From the NCBI GenBank assembly GCA_050015395.1, contig JBEKBM010000014.1, positions 1 to 64,000 of the forward strand: a stretch of DNA of 64,000 nucleotides, given 5' to 3'. The translations under genes and the position numbers were made by a program. This document shows positions 1-9,736 of the stretch, piece by piece. The notes under the pieces are model-generated. The model was not told where the DNA came from. It did no database searches and worked only from the letters and a program-made list of their open reading frames with translations. Origin of the DNA: Candidatus Bathyarchaeia archaeon (lineage in GTDB: Archaea; Thermoproteota; Bathyarchaeia; Bathyarchaeales; Bathycorpusculaceae). The stretch's first letter is position 1, and each line of letters starts with the position of its first letter.

Positions 1-100
1 CGATGCTGAGTTGCCACCAGGGCACGAATAAAGAAACTGCTGCCAAAATAAGGGCGGCGATGCCACCCGCGATTCCAAGCAAGTTGATTTTGCGTTCCAT
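1..100 (-). CDS. Membrane protein, 5' part only (runs off window start)
   Basis: Own translation from ATG at 100: MERKINLLGIAGGIAALILAAVSLFVPWWQLSI..., hydrophobic. Lies 19 bp downstream of the 120..911 gene on the same strand. Confidence 0.7.
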   Translation of the reverse strand, partial: MERKINLLGIAGGIAALILAAVSLFVPWWQLSI

Positions 101-119
101 TCATATTCACCTGTTCAAT

Positions 120-911
120 TTAAGGTGCAATCTCCATTGTTGCCGAGGTAGGTTGAGTCATCTGTACCGTAATGCCGCTTATATCAACAGTCAGATTTAC
201 CAAGTTTACGTTTATACTAGTGGCTGCGGGGTTTTGAGCTTGGAAGGTGCTTTCAGCGCTCGGCGCCCAAGTAAAGACGAGGTCTACGTTAACCGTCTGC
301 GCGGCACCTACACTGACGGAGCCGACGAATATAATGGTCCCCAACGGGGTATTGTTGTTTCCTGAGTTATTATTGTTATTATTGTTATTATTATTGTTGT
401 TATTTGAATTATTGTTATTGTTGTTATTGTTGTTGTTGTCTGGGTTTGGTGTCGCCGCAGTTGGGGCATTGTTATTGTTGTTGTTATTATTGTTATTTGA
501 ATTATTGTTATTATTATTGTTATTATTGTTGTTGTTTGAGTTGTTGTTATTGTTGTTATTGTTGTTATTGTTGTTGTTGCTGCCGGTCGTGACGGTGGCG
601 TTCACAGAGTACAATGTCACAGTGAAATTAAACGGATTCGTGAATTGGATGGCAAAAGTGCTTGTGGACGAAGCGCTGGAGATTGCCATGTTACCTGAGA
701 AGAAGTTGCCGTTTCCTGAACTGCTATTGCTTGAACCGAACGATCCAATTATCTGTTTTATCTGCGGAGGGACAACCAATTGAACGGGATTGTTTCGGTA
801 AGTTATTCCGACAACCACAAACGGCGTCAATAATGTGAGGACGCTGACTAAAATCAATATAATCCTGACCTTCTGCATGTCTACATGTACCCCCCCGTTA
901 TGCATATGCAC
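120..911 (-). CDS. Membrane-anchored/secreted protein with long poly-Asn insertion
   Basis: N-terminal hydrophobic helix (RIILILVSVLTLLTPFVVV), beta-rich body, about 60 Asn in interrupted tracts. True start probably MQKVR (about 878). Confidence 0.8.
   Translation of the reverse strand: MHMHNGGVHVDMQKVRIILILVSVLTLLTPFVVVGITYRNNPVQLVVPPQIKQIIGSFGSSNSSSGNGNFFSGNMAISSASSTSTFAIQFTNPFNFTVTLYSVNATVTTGSNNNNNNNNNNNNNSNNNNNNNNNNNNSNNNNNNNNNNAPTAATPNPDNNNNNNNNNNSNNNNNNNNNNNNNSGNNNTPLGTIIFVGSVSVGAAQTVNVDLVFTWAPSAESTFQAQNPAATSINVNLVNLTVDISGITVQMTQPTSATMEIAP
351..578 (-). repeat. AAC/AAT trinucleotide tract encoding poly-Asn
   Basis: Visible (ttg/tta)n runs on the + strand, interrupted by Ser codons and a PTAATPNPD spacer. 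Confidence 0.95.
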
Positions 912-971
912 AAATATTTAAAAGGGTTATGGCTGTCTTGAAAACTTTTATGGTCGTTTGCGGTGTCAAAT

Positions 972-1352
972 TCAACCTTTATAAGCGGTTAAATTCTTTG
1001 ACGCAAGGAGGGATAAAGAAGATGGCAAAAAACGAAAGGAACCCGTTCGATTTCTTCCAGACGATAATGAAGCGTATTCATCGAATCCCGCATAAAGTTT
1101 CTCATTACCCTTGTTTCGAAGGATTCTGAAAATAGCAGCTTCAGAATAGTGATCCTTAAAATTTTTCTCATAATCTTTACTGTTTTGACCTTCAATAAAC
1201 TTCTTTTGTCTTGAACTCTCCTTAATCCTCTTTAGTTTCTGGTCAATTTCTATTATAGAAATGTCTTCATCGGCCAGAGTGGGAGCGGGCAGAAGTTTCT
1301 CAGGGCTTTTTTCTTTGTAGTTTTCCTGTAAGTTTAATGTGTATCGGCTTAG
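972..1352 (-). pseudogene. Start-less internal gene fragment (charged protein, ...KLYAGFDEYASLSSG...)
   Basis: Own translation: 126 open codons in frame after the kinase stop, with no canonical start codon near the 5' end and protein-like composition. Confidence 0.45.
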
Positions 1353-2546
1353 TTAGGGCTTTCTAATGTGATAGTTGTCTTTTCCATTAGCGTTCGTCTT
1401 GGGTATGGTGATCATGAATTTTGCTCCCTTACCTTCAGTTCCAGCTTCTTGTACCTGCCAACCGTAAAAATCTACTGCTTTCTTGATGAGAAAAAGCCCC
1501 AAACCAGTGCCTTTGCCAAAACCTCTTGTAAACAGTTTTTGCTTCATCTCTGAGGGTATCCCCACTCCATCGTCTTCGAAAACGAGCTTTAGCTGCCCAC
1601 CCATATCTTCGTAGCTAATTTGGATCTGAGTGGTTTTCTCACCATACTTCAAAGTATTGTCTATCAAATTATGGAAAACCTCCCTGAGAAGAGAGTCAGC
1701 CAGAACGGACAGACCCGAGCAATCATTTAGGACGCAGACGCCTTTCATATCTGATGCCAAACTAACCGCTTCTCTAAGCGCCCAATCTACATCGATGTAT
1801 TTCAGCTCTTCCACGCCCAGCATTTCGAAGTCTCTGGAAAACTCAAAGATACTTCTTATTTGCTTAATAGTATTCTCAATTGCCTCAAAAGCTTGGGTAT
1901 ATCCGCCGTTCTTCTTAGATAGGAAAAGGTTGCTGTTGATGATTTGCAGTTTGTTAAGGATATCATGACGAGTTAGCCCGCCTATAACACGGAGTTTTTC
2001 ATTCATCAACTCCATTTTTTGATTGCTATTTTTCAGCTCCTCTTCGTTCTTCTTGAGATTGGATATGTTTCTGATGATATCTACAAAGCCAATGTTCTCT
2101 CCATTTTCATCCCTTATAAAAGCTACAGTTACCTCAACGGGTACTTCCCCACTTTTTGAAAGGGCTCGATACTCACTTGTCCTACCCTGACCCAATAATA
2201 TCGAATCCAAAGAATCACGCAACGCACGCTCTCTGTCGCTTTCAACCAAGAACTCAAGTACATGCTTGCCCACAAATTCGCTTTTTTCAGCGGCACCATA
2301 CATTGTGACTATCGCATCGTTTACCTCAGTGATGTAGCCATTCAAGTCTCCAATAACAATGCCGTCAAGAGACATCTTTACAGCGGCAGAAAACAATTCT
2401 AATTCCCTTGCGGCTTTCTGAGAAAACTCAGCCTCTTGAGCTACTTTAGTCTTAGCTTTCTCATCTTTGTTGCCTACGCAATCGACTTGTTTTTCCTTAA
2501 TCGTAATATGTCCACTCCCGCGCTTGCGACAAGTCGCTTCCTGCAA
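1353..2546 (-). CDS. PAS-domain sensor histidine kinase
   Basis: PAS (SLDGIVIGDLNGYITEVN), H-box (LTRHDILN), HATPase boxes (NLIDN, DDGVGI, GTGLGL). Start uncertain. Confidence 0.92.
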   Translation of the reverse strand: MQEATCRKRGSGHITIKEKQVDCVGNKDEKAKTKVAQEAEFSQKAARELELFSAAVKMSLDGIVIGDLNGYITEVNDAIVTMYGAAEKSEFVGKHVLEFLVESDRERALRDSLDSILLGQGRTSEYRALSKSGEVPVEVTVAFIRDENGENIGFVDIIRNISNLKKNEEELKNSNQKMELMNEKLRVIGGLTRHDILNKLQIINSNLFLSKKNGGYTQAFEAIENTIKQIRSIFEFSRDFEMLGVEELKYIDVDWALREAVSLASDMKGVCVLNDCSGLSVLADSLLREVFHNLIDNTLKYGEKTTQIQISYEDMGGQLKLVFEDDGVGIPSEMKQKLFTRGFGKGTGLGLFLIKKAVDFYGWQVQEAGTEGKGAKFMITIPKTNANGKDNYHIRKP

Positions 2547-2780
2547 ATTTACGATTCGAAGATAAAAAAGTTGTGGATTTCAACTATTTACCTCGCCTCA
2601 ACAATAAATGCGATGTATTTATCAAGCCGCAAGGAGAAAAACAAAAGCAATTTCGCTTCTTTAACCCATCAGTTAAACGCCTACCTGCCCTCCTTAAGGA
2701 AATACAGTGCTATTTAACTGCTCATTATCAGCGCAGAGACCAGTCTTGCCGCATAAGGGGTTGAAAAGCTTAGCTTTGGG

Positions 2781-3332
2781 CTAAAAAGGGAACCTTCTAC
2801 GGCTGAATTGCCGCTGCTGGTCTGGTTGTCTTTCTCCGGGGAACCTGGAGAGGTGCTCATGAACCAGTTTCCAAGATGAATCTTGTTTTTTCAGGACAGC
2901 GGTAACACGTGAAGTCACGTCAAACTGTTCGTTTCTCATATTTGCTTGATAATGTATGGTGAAAGTGGCTAAGGCTACCTCGCCCAAAACTGTGTCTTTA
3001 AAATCTTTCAGCTCGTACGAATAGTTGGAGAGCACCTTGAATGCGGAGAACTCGTTCTTCAAGGCTTCTGCACGCTCCTGTCTTTGATAAGGAGGCCAAT
3101 CGTCAAATTTACTATAGCTCTCATCCAAGAGCGCTGTAACTGCTTTTTCGTCTTTATTCTTTATTCCATCAAACCTCTTAACAATAACGTTCCTGACTTC
3201 GTCCTCAACATTAGATACCGGCTGGTTTTGAGAAGCAGACTGGCTTTGGGTTGAGCCCGCCATTTTGCTTCCACACTGGTTGCAGAAAGCGTTTCCATCT
3301 GGATTTTCAGTTCCGCATGTTGGACATTTCAA
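2781..3332 (-). CDS. Zinc-ribbon plus NTF2/SnoaL-like (DUF4440-type) protein
   Basis: CPTC...CNQC zinc ribbon; C-terminal WKLVHEHLS typical of SnoaL-like folds. Confidence 0.85.
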   Translation of the reverse strand: MKCPTCGTENPDGNAFCNQCGSKMAGSTQSQSASQNQPVSNVEDEVRNVIVKRFDGIKNKDEKAVTALLDESYSKFDDWPPYQRQERAEALKNEFSAFKVLSNYSYELKDFKDTVLGEVALATFTIHYQANMRNEQFDVTSRVTAVLKKQDSSWKLVHEHLSRFPGERQPDQQRQFSRRRFPF

Positions 3333-3488
3333 CTTTCATTTCTCCATCCTGAGCGGCTTTTCTCGCTTATAATTCAAAGCAGTCTTAAGTCTATTTCCCC
3401 TCGCTAAGATAAACAAAACCATGCCGTTTAGCTTTGGGTTTGCAAAGCGAAAAGTGGGGGCTTTGTCCGTTTCGCATATTAATGGGAA

Positions 3489-4322
3489 GTGCTACATGAA
3501 ATTGCAATGAAGAAGTCGTTAGTCACAGCAATCTTGCTTATAGTGGTCATTATTGTTTTGAGCGCTTCAATACTGGTTATCTTTAACGGCATTAACGCTT
3601 CAGCAAAATCCACTGCAACATATTACACTTACAATATAGTTAACACGTATCCGCATGATACAAGTGCCTTCACAGAGGGGCTCGTGTACTCGGATGGTTT
3701 TCTGTACGAGAGCACAGGACTTAATGGTGCTTCATCTCTACGACGTGTGGACCTGACCACAGGCAACGTACTGCAAGAGGTTATGTTGCCAGATCAGTAT
3801 TTCGGCGAAGGCATAGTCGTCGTCAACAACACCATCATACAGCTAACTTGGCAGTCAAACATAGGCTTCATTTACAACAAAACTACGTTTGCGGTGCTGG
3901 GAAATTTTACTTACCCCACGCAGGGTTGGGGCTTAACCTTTGACGGCAAAAACCTGATCATGAGCGACGGCACAGATCACCTGTATTTCTTGAATCCAAC
4001 AACGTTTCAGCAGACAGGACAAATCCAAGTCCATGACGGAGACACGCCCGTATTAAACATCAACTCGCTAGACTACATCAACGGTGAAGTTTACGCCAAC
4101 ATCTGGCTAACAAACACAATCGCCATAATCAACCCAGAAACTGGACAAGTCAAAGCTTGGATAGACCTCACAGGATTACCAGACGAAAACAATTCAAACC
4201 CGAACGCCGTGTTAAATGGCATAGCATATGACCAACAAAACGATAGACTTTTTGTAACAGGCAAAGATTGGCCAAACCTCTACCAGATAAAACTAATACC
4301 ACAAACTAACCAAACAACCTAA
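3489..4322 (+). CDS. Glutaminyl-peptide cyclotransferase (secreted)
   Basis: YPHD..AFTEGL, LYESTG, YFGEGI, GWGLT, LNGIAYD motifs; signal peptide. Confidence 0.92.
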   Translation: MLHEIAMKKSLVTAILLIVVIIVLSASILVIFNGINASAKSTATYYTYNIVNTYPHDTSAFTEGLVYSDGFLYESTGLNGASSLRRVDLTTGNVLQEVMLPDQYFGEGIVVVNNTIIQLTWQSNIGFIYNKTTFAVLGNFTYPTQGWGLTFDGKNLIMSDGTDHLYFLNPTTFQQTGQIQVHDGDTPVLNINSLDYINGEVYANIWLTNTIAIINPETGQVKAWIDLTGLPDENNSNPNAVLNGIAYDQQNDRLFVTGKDWPNLYQIKLIPQTNQTT

Positions 4323-4362
4323 AATTAACTGGCTTCGCCGAAAAATAAGGAAAGGAAGGTTG

Positions 4363-4491
4363 TTAATGCGGGTAGGATGTGGGTTTGCGGGTTCTTGCCA
4401 TAATGAACAGCACTGCGCCCAATACAATGAATATGATTGCGCCTATTATTAGGAAGCCTTCTAAGGAGTCCCAGTTGAACGCTAAGCTGCG
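4363..4491 (-). pseudogene. Orphan C-terminal membrane-anchor fragment
   Basis: Own translation RSLAFNWDSLEGFLIIGAIIFIVLGAVLFIMARTRKPTSYPH*: TM helix plus basic tail, no start before the helix. Confidence 0.5.
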
Positions 4492-5310
4492 TTAACGTTG
4501 CGCCATGCAGTAAGATAAAATTGCTAATGGAACCACAAGGGCGTAGGAAACCAAGGTTCCAAGCCAGATTCCAAAGCTCGGATACAAATATCTCACGGCT
4601 ACACTGAAGGGAATAATCGTTAGAATACCAGACAACACTAATGGCTTAGTCACAGCTCGCGAGAATTCCGTTCCTCTACTCCTGTTCAATATTATCAAGG
4701 TTGAAGTGAAAACCGCTGGAAACGCGGCTGCAATGCCGCCTAGCACAGGACCCCCAATTTGGCTCAAAAGCACTGAAATCAAAACAAGTGATCCTGCACC
4801 GACTCCACGCAAGATAACCTCACGAATCTTGTATAGTCTCGCTTCTCCCTTTAGGTTTTGGAGTTTTAGCTTTTTAGTGAAAGAATAATAGGTTAAAAGC
4901 GAAATCGCAGCTCCCCCGACCAAGGAAAACGCGAAATCCCTCAGACCAGACGCAACAATTAAGCCAGAAAATGCGAACCATATAAGAAGAGAAACGTAGA
5001 TTCCGCGGCTAAACCCTTTCTGGGCGAAAAAAGCGAAGAAGAAAAGATAAGCACTTGTAATGCCGAATGCTAATGGAAAAACTGTGGTCGCTTGAACCGC
5101 AGCGGCTGAAGATTGATTAATCCCGATGAAGAAAAACGAGAAAGCTGATGTAGAGGGAAGACCACCAAGGATTCCGCCTAAGACACTTCCTTTCTTTTCT
5201 GCAATGATTGTGATTATAGTTACCCATAAGCTTCCAATAGCGAATGCCAGAAAAAGATGCAAGAAAAAAATGTCTGAAACCATGTTTTGAACCCTTGCAT
5301 CATATGGCAA
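4492..5310 (-). CDS. Multi-pass membrane protein (DUF3147-like, internal duplication)
   Basis: Two repeats, GSVLGGILGGLPS and GPVLGGIAAAFPA; highly hydrophobic. Confidence 0.75.
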   Translation of the reverse strand: MPYDARVQNMVSDIFFLHLFLAFAIGSLWVTIITIIAEKKGSVLGGILGGLPSTSAFSFFFIGINQSSAAAVQATTVFPLAFGITSAYLFFFAFFAQKGFSRGIYVSLLIWFAFSGLIVASGLRDFAFSLVGGAAISLLTYYSFTKKLKLQNLKGEARLYKIREVILRGVGAGSLVLISVLLSQIGGPVLGGIAAAFPAVFTSTLIILNRSRGTEFSRAVTKPLVLSGILTIIPFSVAVRYLYPSFGIWLGTLVSYALVVPLAILSYCMAQR

Positions 5311-5465
5311 ATTGGAGATTAATTAATTCTTCCAATGAATTTAAAAAAAATAAGTTAACCTTACTGATTTTTCTAGTTTCAGAGGACACAATCTTTGCGC
5401 CGAAGAGTGAAGAAAAAGGAAGGCTGATGCACTTGGCGCGTTTAAGGTCGATTTCCTCTTTAATC

Positions 5466-6608
5466 TCAATGCTTCCTCTGCTCTCGGTCCACTTCCCTTT
5501 TTCTAAAGACTAATACGGCAATGCAAGATGTCATGGCTATGGCCAAGACAGCCATGAGAGTGATCTGTAGCATGTTATACGACGGACTTGGCGAAGAGGC
5601 GGCAGACGACGCTGTTGCGGATAAGGCAGCAGTCGGGCTTAAGGAAGAAGTTGACGTTTGAGAAGGTGAAGTGAGGGTTATGTTTTGGATGGTGACGGGT
5701 GCTATGAGTGGGTATCTATCAATAACAGTTGGGTTAATGCGGATTAGATAGGGCGTGTCGCCTATGCCTGTGTTTCCTATTTCGGTGGCGTTTGGATATT
5801 TAGCGGCATAGTCGCTCCAGTAGTTGCCTGTAGTACCGTTATCCCACGGAGACAGTGTTCCTCCCCCGCCGAAACCCAAAGCATCCGACGTTACGGAAAC
5901 AATCGTAGCATTTGCGCCAATGATGAAGTTGTTGAGGTAGATTTGGAAGCTGCTTGGCGGCATGTTGTCAGTGTTTACTGCAATGTTATTGTTTGCAATA
6001 TTATTCGCTGCTATGATGACTCCTGAGCTGTAACTGATCAGAAAGCCGCAGTAGTTGTTTACTATCTGGTTTTGCTGGATGCTGGTGTCGTTTCCTTGTA
6101 TGCAAACGCCGTAGATGCTGTTTGCCAAATAGTTTCCAGTGACATTGTAGTTGTCGGCGTAGATGGCTATTGCGCGCTCTGTTTCGGTGATGTTGCTGTT
6201 AGTGATTGTGTTGCCGTTGTAGGAGCCTAAAACGCCTACTTCCCAACCTAAGATGTTGAAGTTGTAGACTGTTACGTTGCTGCATGTGAGGTTTATGGCG
6301 GAAGTAGCCTCTAGTTCTGCTACGCCTGGGGTTCCCCACCCGCCTGCGCCCTGAAGAACAAAGCCTTCACCATCAATGACTATGTTGTTACGTAATACCA
6401 CAATGGGTGAATCGTAAAGGTCGGCGGTGAGGCGGTAAAAGTTTCCGTCCCGCTGAATGTTAGTAGTGCCTGAAACCGAGCCATCAGAGTTAATTAAGAT
6501 GGCTCCAGCTGTCTGCGATTTGACTCTGGGCACAACGGCTAAACTGACTAAGCATACGAAGACGAAAACGCAAACGAAGACTGCCTTCATGTTCAAATTC
6601 TTGTTCAC
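5466..6608 (-). CDS. NosD/right-handed beta-helix surface protein with C-terminal TM anchor
   Basis: Signal peptide, parallel beta-helix repeats, WDNG..GNYWSDY...GIGDTPY...DRYPL motif, Ser/Thr linker, TM tail. Confidence 0.9.
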   Translation of the reverse strand: MNKNLNMKAVFVCVFVFVCLVSLAVVPRVKSQTAGAILINSDGSVSGTTNIQRDGNFYRLTADLYDSPIVVLRNNIVIDGEGFVLQGAGGWGTPGVAELEATSAINLTCSNVTVYNFNILGWEVGVLGSYNGNTITNSNITETERAIAIYADNYNVTGNYLANSIYGVCIQGNDTSIQQNQIVNNYCGFLISYSSGVIIAANNIANNNIAVNTDNMPPSSFQIYLNNFIIGANATIVSVTSDALGFGGGGTLSPWDNGTTGNYWSDYAAKYPNATEIGNTGIGDTPYLIRINPTVIDRYPLIAPVTIQNITLTSPSQTSTSSLSPTAALSATASSAASSPSPSYNMLQITLMAVLAIAMTSCIAVLVFRKREVDREQRKH

Positions 6609-6650
6609 GTTAACCTTGACCTCATTCCGTCATCAAGCACATAATTAGCA

Positions 6651-6700
6651 AGTGCCCTATAGCTCTCCCTGAAGAACAGCACTGTTCTTGAATGAGAACG
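6651..6700 (-). promoter_or_regulatory. Conserved promoter/operator block GTTC-N8-GAAC-N6-GTTC...GGAGAGCTATA
   Basis: Minus strand reads cgttctcattcaagaacagtgctgttcttcagggagagctatagggcact and aligns with 9736-9784. Confidence 0.7.
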
Positions 6701-6806
6701 GACCTGCTGAAATCGTTGAGGGTAAAGTCAGGCTGAGCTTCTAAGCTGAGCGAAAAATAGAAATCTTGGTAAGATAGTTTTAAGGAAGTATTCTGGAGAC
6801 TTTGGT

Positions 6807-7274
6807 TTGTCGGACGACGGCAGTGTGGAACGTGAGGGGACTACCTTCAGCGTATATTTGTTTGTGGCTAAAGAAGGCAAGCCTGTTGGCCCAAGGGATG
6901 TGATGCGTGGTGTGCATCTTAGCAGTCCAAGCGTGGCTTATCGGCATCTTCAGAAACTTGAAGACTCGGGACTATTAAAGAAAAACGAGTATGGTGAATA
7001 CTTACTCAGGAAGAAAAGGAGTGTCAATGGATACCACTGGATTGGTCGACGCCTCTTGCCTAATGCAATGTTCTATTTCTATTTTTTCCTCGGACTCTTC
7101 ATTACCGTGATTGTGGTTTTCGCAATTCATTACGCGGTTGAAACCTACGACTTCAAGGTCTTCTTCGCGTTAGGTCTTTCAATAACGGGAATTGCCATGA
7201 TCCTCTTCCTTAAAGAGGGCTTATCGTTGACCAAGAGAATAGGGAAAACGTCAGCACGTAATCAAGATGAATAG
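6807..7274 (+). CDS. Winged-HTH transcriptional regulator with two C-terminal TM helices
   Basis: GPRDVMRGVHLSSPSVAYRHLQKLE..GLLKKNEYGEY wHTH followed by two hydrophobic segments. Confidence 0.8.
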   Translation: MSDDGSVEREGTTFSVYLFVAKEGKPVGPRDVMRGVHLSSPSVAYRHLQKLEDSGLLKKNEYGEYLLRKKRSVNGYHWIGRRLLPNAMFYFYFFLGLFITVIVVFAIHYAVETYDFKVFFALGLSITGIAMILFLKEGLSLTKRIGKTSARNQDE

Positions 7275-7483
7275 TTTCTGTTTCAAAAAGTTCCCATTGA
7301 GATGGTGAGAATCTCATTTTTAGAGGGTGACAAAGGTGATAAAGAAGGATTGGCGGGTCTGAGAGTTTTGGTGAAGGCATAAAAGGCAAGATAATAGCGA
7401 CCAGCCGTTAGACGAGAGTTGAATGCCAAACGCACTTCGGTTCTAATTCCAAGTTCTCACATGGTCTAATTTCAGAGTTATAT

Positions 7484-7651
7484 CTAGAGCAGTGTGGGAT
7501 TAAGCACTGGATTGCCTGTTCCTGTACCATCGTAGGCCACATCCGCATGGAACATCGGTCAATCTCCAGAAGGCTGCTGAGCCATTACATTTGACGCGGA
7601 GGCAGCTAACATCAATAAACACAAAATGACCATAACCGCAATCGCCGACCA
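7484..7651 (-). pseudogene. Relic 5' end of a PQQ-like beta-propeller secreted protein
   Basis: Own translation WSAIAVMVILCLLMLAASASNVMAQQPSGD*PMFHADVAYDGTGTGNPVLNPTLL*. Stops fall where Trp is expected (D-W-PMF, LL-W). Confidence 0.55.
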
Positions 7652-7871
7652 TGTCGGTAGGTACGTATAATCGTTAATTTCGGGTCATTTTTTCAGCCCA
7701 TAGTCGCAGATGACCATAATTTTCGGTTAGGTATGGGCGCATGGCTGGGTGCAGGACGAAAAAAACGTGCAACTGCTGTTTCTGAACGCGTTCGTGAATT
7801 TTCGGGGCGTGCCAAAAAGAACTTATTTAACCTTTACCTGCATTTTCCTCGCGCATTGGGACTTGAGGCGT

Positions 7872-7915
7872 GTTCCAGCAGTGGAACAAAGTGTTTCATG
7901 GCGAGAGTAATATAC
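7872..7915 (+). promoter_or_regulatory. Conserved promoter/operator block GTTC-N8-GAAC-N5-GTTT...CGAGAGTAATATA
   Basis: Same spacing as the block at 9737, immediately upstream of the 7935 ORF. Confidence 0.65.
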
Positions 7916-7934
7916 ATTTGAGGTCATAGTTTAG

Positions 7935-9401
7935 TTGGGGTTTAGCGTGTACAAAAAGGCAATATTGATATTTTCCGCAGTTATCCTGCTGTCAAGTTTG
8001 TATCGGATTCACGGTGCTTCAGCGCTCTTGGATCCTGTTTCTGTCAATGCTGAGGGTTTGGTTGTTGGCATATCGGTAATTGTTATCGTAAGCGCAGGAT
8101 TAGCCGTGTACTTCGGAAAGAGAAAACCTATGAGCAAGGTTTTTTCGGCGTTTCTGATAGTGGTACTCTTGGTTTCGGCGTTATCCGGAGTAGCGCTCGC
8201 GGTTTTAGGAGCGGAGATTCCCGTCACGTTGTCATCTCCTGTTGAGTTGCAGACTAATTTGACGGGCGAAATGGGGTGCTGTGTCTTTCAACTTGCGGAT
8301 GGAAGTTTGGTTTTGAACACGGCCAACCAATCCTGCACGTTTCTCATTAAACTTGACTCTTCGAACCATGTGTTGTGGACGAGAACAATTCGTATCGGTC
8401 AAGAAATCACGAATCTCACTCGTCTTTTGCCTACAAGCGATGGGGGCTTCGCTTTGGCGGGGCTCGTTGATAACATGTACGTGTTGGTGAAAACCGATTC
8501 TCAGGGCAACATTCAATGGACCAAAATGTTCAGTTCGGGAGCTCCGATAAACTATTTTATGTCGATTATTCAAACCAGTGATGGTGGTTTTGCCATTGCT
8601 GGTTTCGGCGAGAAAGTGTTAGAAGGCTTGGGCGCGATTTGGTTTGCCAAAACAAATTCATCCGGAAACCTGGAGTGGAACGAGACGCTTTCGGGGCAGG
8701 TGGCTGCTTGCCCATCGACTATCATCCAAACGCCGGATGGCGGATACATTATGTCTGACGTCAGCTATTCTTTTGTTCCAATTCAGGGTTTCTTCACGCT
8801 TACCAAAATGAACGCGACTGGAGATGTACTTTGGAGCAAAAATTACGGCGGCGAAGGCTACTACTTTCAACCCGAATGCAACTACGTCATAACCACGAAA
8901 GGCGGCGGGTACTTAATGGCGGGTTACCTTTGGGACAAGTGCGCGTGGGTAGTCAAAACCGACGCTGAAGGCAATATGCAGTGGAACCAAACATACGGCG
9001 CCAAAGACAGCTCAATAACTTGTGCCCTTGAAACCCAAAGCGGAGGATATATGCTCCTGGCCATTTCAAACCTAACGGATGTCGGGTTAATCATGATCGA
9101 TAAAGTCGGCAACGAACTTTGGAACATGACCTTTCCAGGAGTCACCTTGCCATGGGGATTGGAGGCAAACTATAATTCCCTTATCCCTGCAAAAGACGGC
9201 GGCTATATCGTGGTGGGTTCAAAAAATCAGTCCGTATGGCTTGCAAAACTTAACTATCAGGATAACAGGTCGATTGCGCTTCAATTACTATCGATTGCGG
9301 ATGTAGCGTTGGCTGTTGCTGCGATTATGACGCTTTTGATTGCGCCGAGGAAAAAAAAGACAATCCGACGATCAACCGACCTAAAACAAGCAGCATATTA
9401 G
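7935..9401 (+). CDS. Secreted/membrane beta-propeller repeat protein
   Basis: Repeated (Q/P)TSDGGF.lAG...vKtDs.Gn.qW.k units; N-terminal hydrophobic segments and a C-terminal TM helix. Confidence 0.85.
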   Translation: MGFSVYKKAILIFSAVILLSSLYRIHGASALLDPVSVNAEGLVVGISVIVIVSAGLAVYFGKRKPMSKVFSAFLIVVLLVSALSGVALAVLGAEIPVTLSSPVELQTNLTGEMGCCVFQLADGSLVLNTANQSCTFLIKLDSSNHVLWTRTIRIGQEITNLTRLLPTSDGGFALAGLVDNMYVLVKTDSQGNIQWTKMFSSGAPINYFMSIIQTSDGGFAIAGFGEKVLEGLGAIWFAKTNSSGNLEWNETLSGQVAACPSTIIQTPDGGYIMSDVSYSFVPIQGFFTLTKMNATGDVLWSKNYGGEGYYFQPECNYVITTKGGGYLMAGYLWDKCAWVVKTDAEGNMQWNQTYGAKDSSITCALETQSGGYMLLAISNLTDVGLIMIDKVGNELWNMTFPGVTLPWGLEANYNSLIPAKDGGYIVVGSKNQSVWLAKLNYQDNRSIALQLLSIADVALAVAAIMTLLIAPRKKKTIRRSTDLKQAAY

Positions 9402-9736
9402 GTTGACTACCGATAATAAAAAAGCTCATACCACATGCGTTCTCGCAACAGAACTAAGTGTTCCGAAGGGCAGAAAAGTGTTCCCGAACAAGGTTCGTTA
9501 TGCGCTGTTGGCGTATACACTAAAGCGGGGTGTGTAACATATAATGGGACATAACTATGTTTTATGGGTTTTCGCCCTTATCCAGAAGTTTGCTCTTAGG
9601 AAAAAGTTTGCCCCAGACTGAAGAAATAAAAAGTCCGTTAATTGTGAAATTAGAAAAAAAGGACACCGGCCGCTTTTGGTTGCCGCTATTTCTTGCAACA
9701 GGGCAAAACCGAAACACAGAAAGCATGCTAAAGGCT

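Noticed and set aside
351-578. AAY-rich tract as a diversity-generating retroelement template repeat
   Set aside because: No reverse transcriptase and no matching variable repeat with A-specific mismatches in the window; the tract lies inside a CDS.
247-783. Poly-Leu ORF (and poly-Cys/Tyr ORF 404..592) on the + strand
   Set aside because: Shadow frames of the AAC/AAT tract; the minus-strand gene has normal flanking protein sequence.
1340-4500. Integron attC sites at stop codons followed by C (TAAC)
   Set aside because: No convincing RYYYAAC...GTTRRRY pairs with L boxes and no integron integrase.
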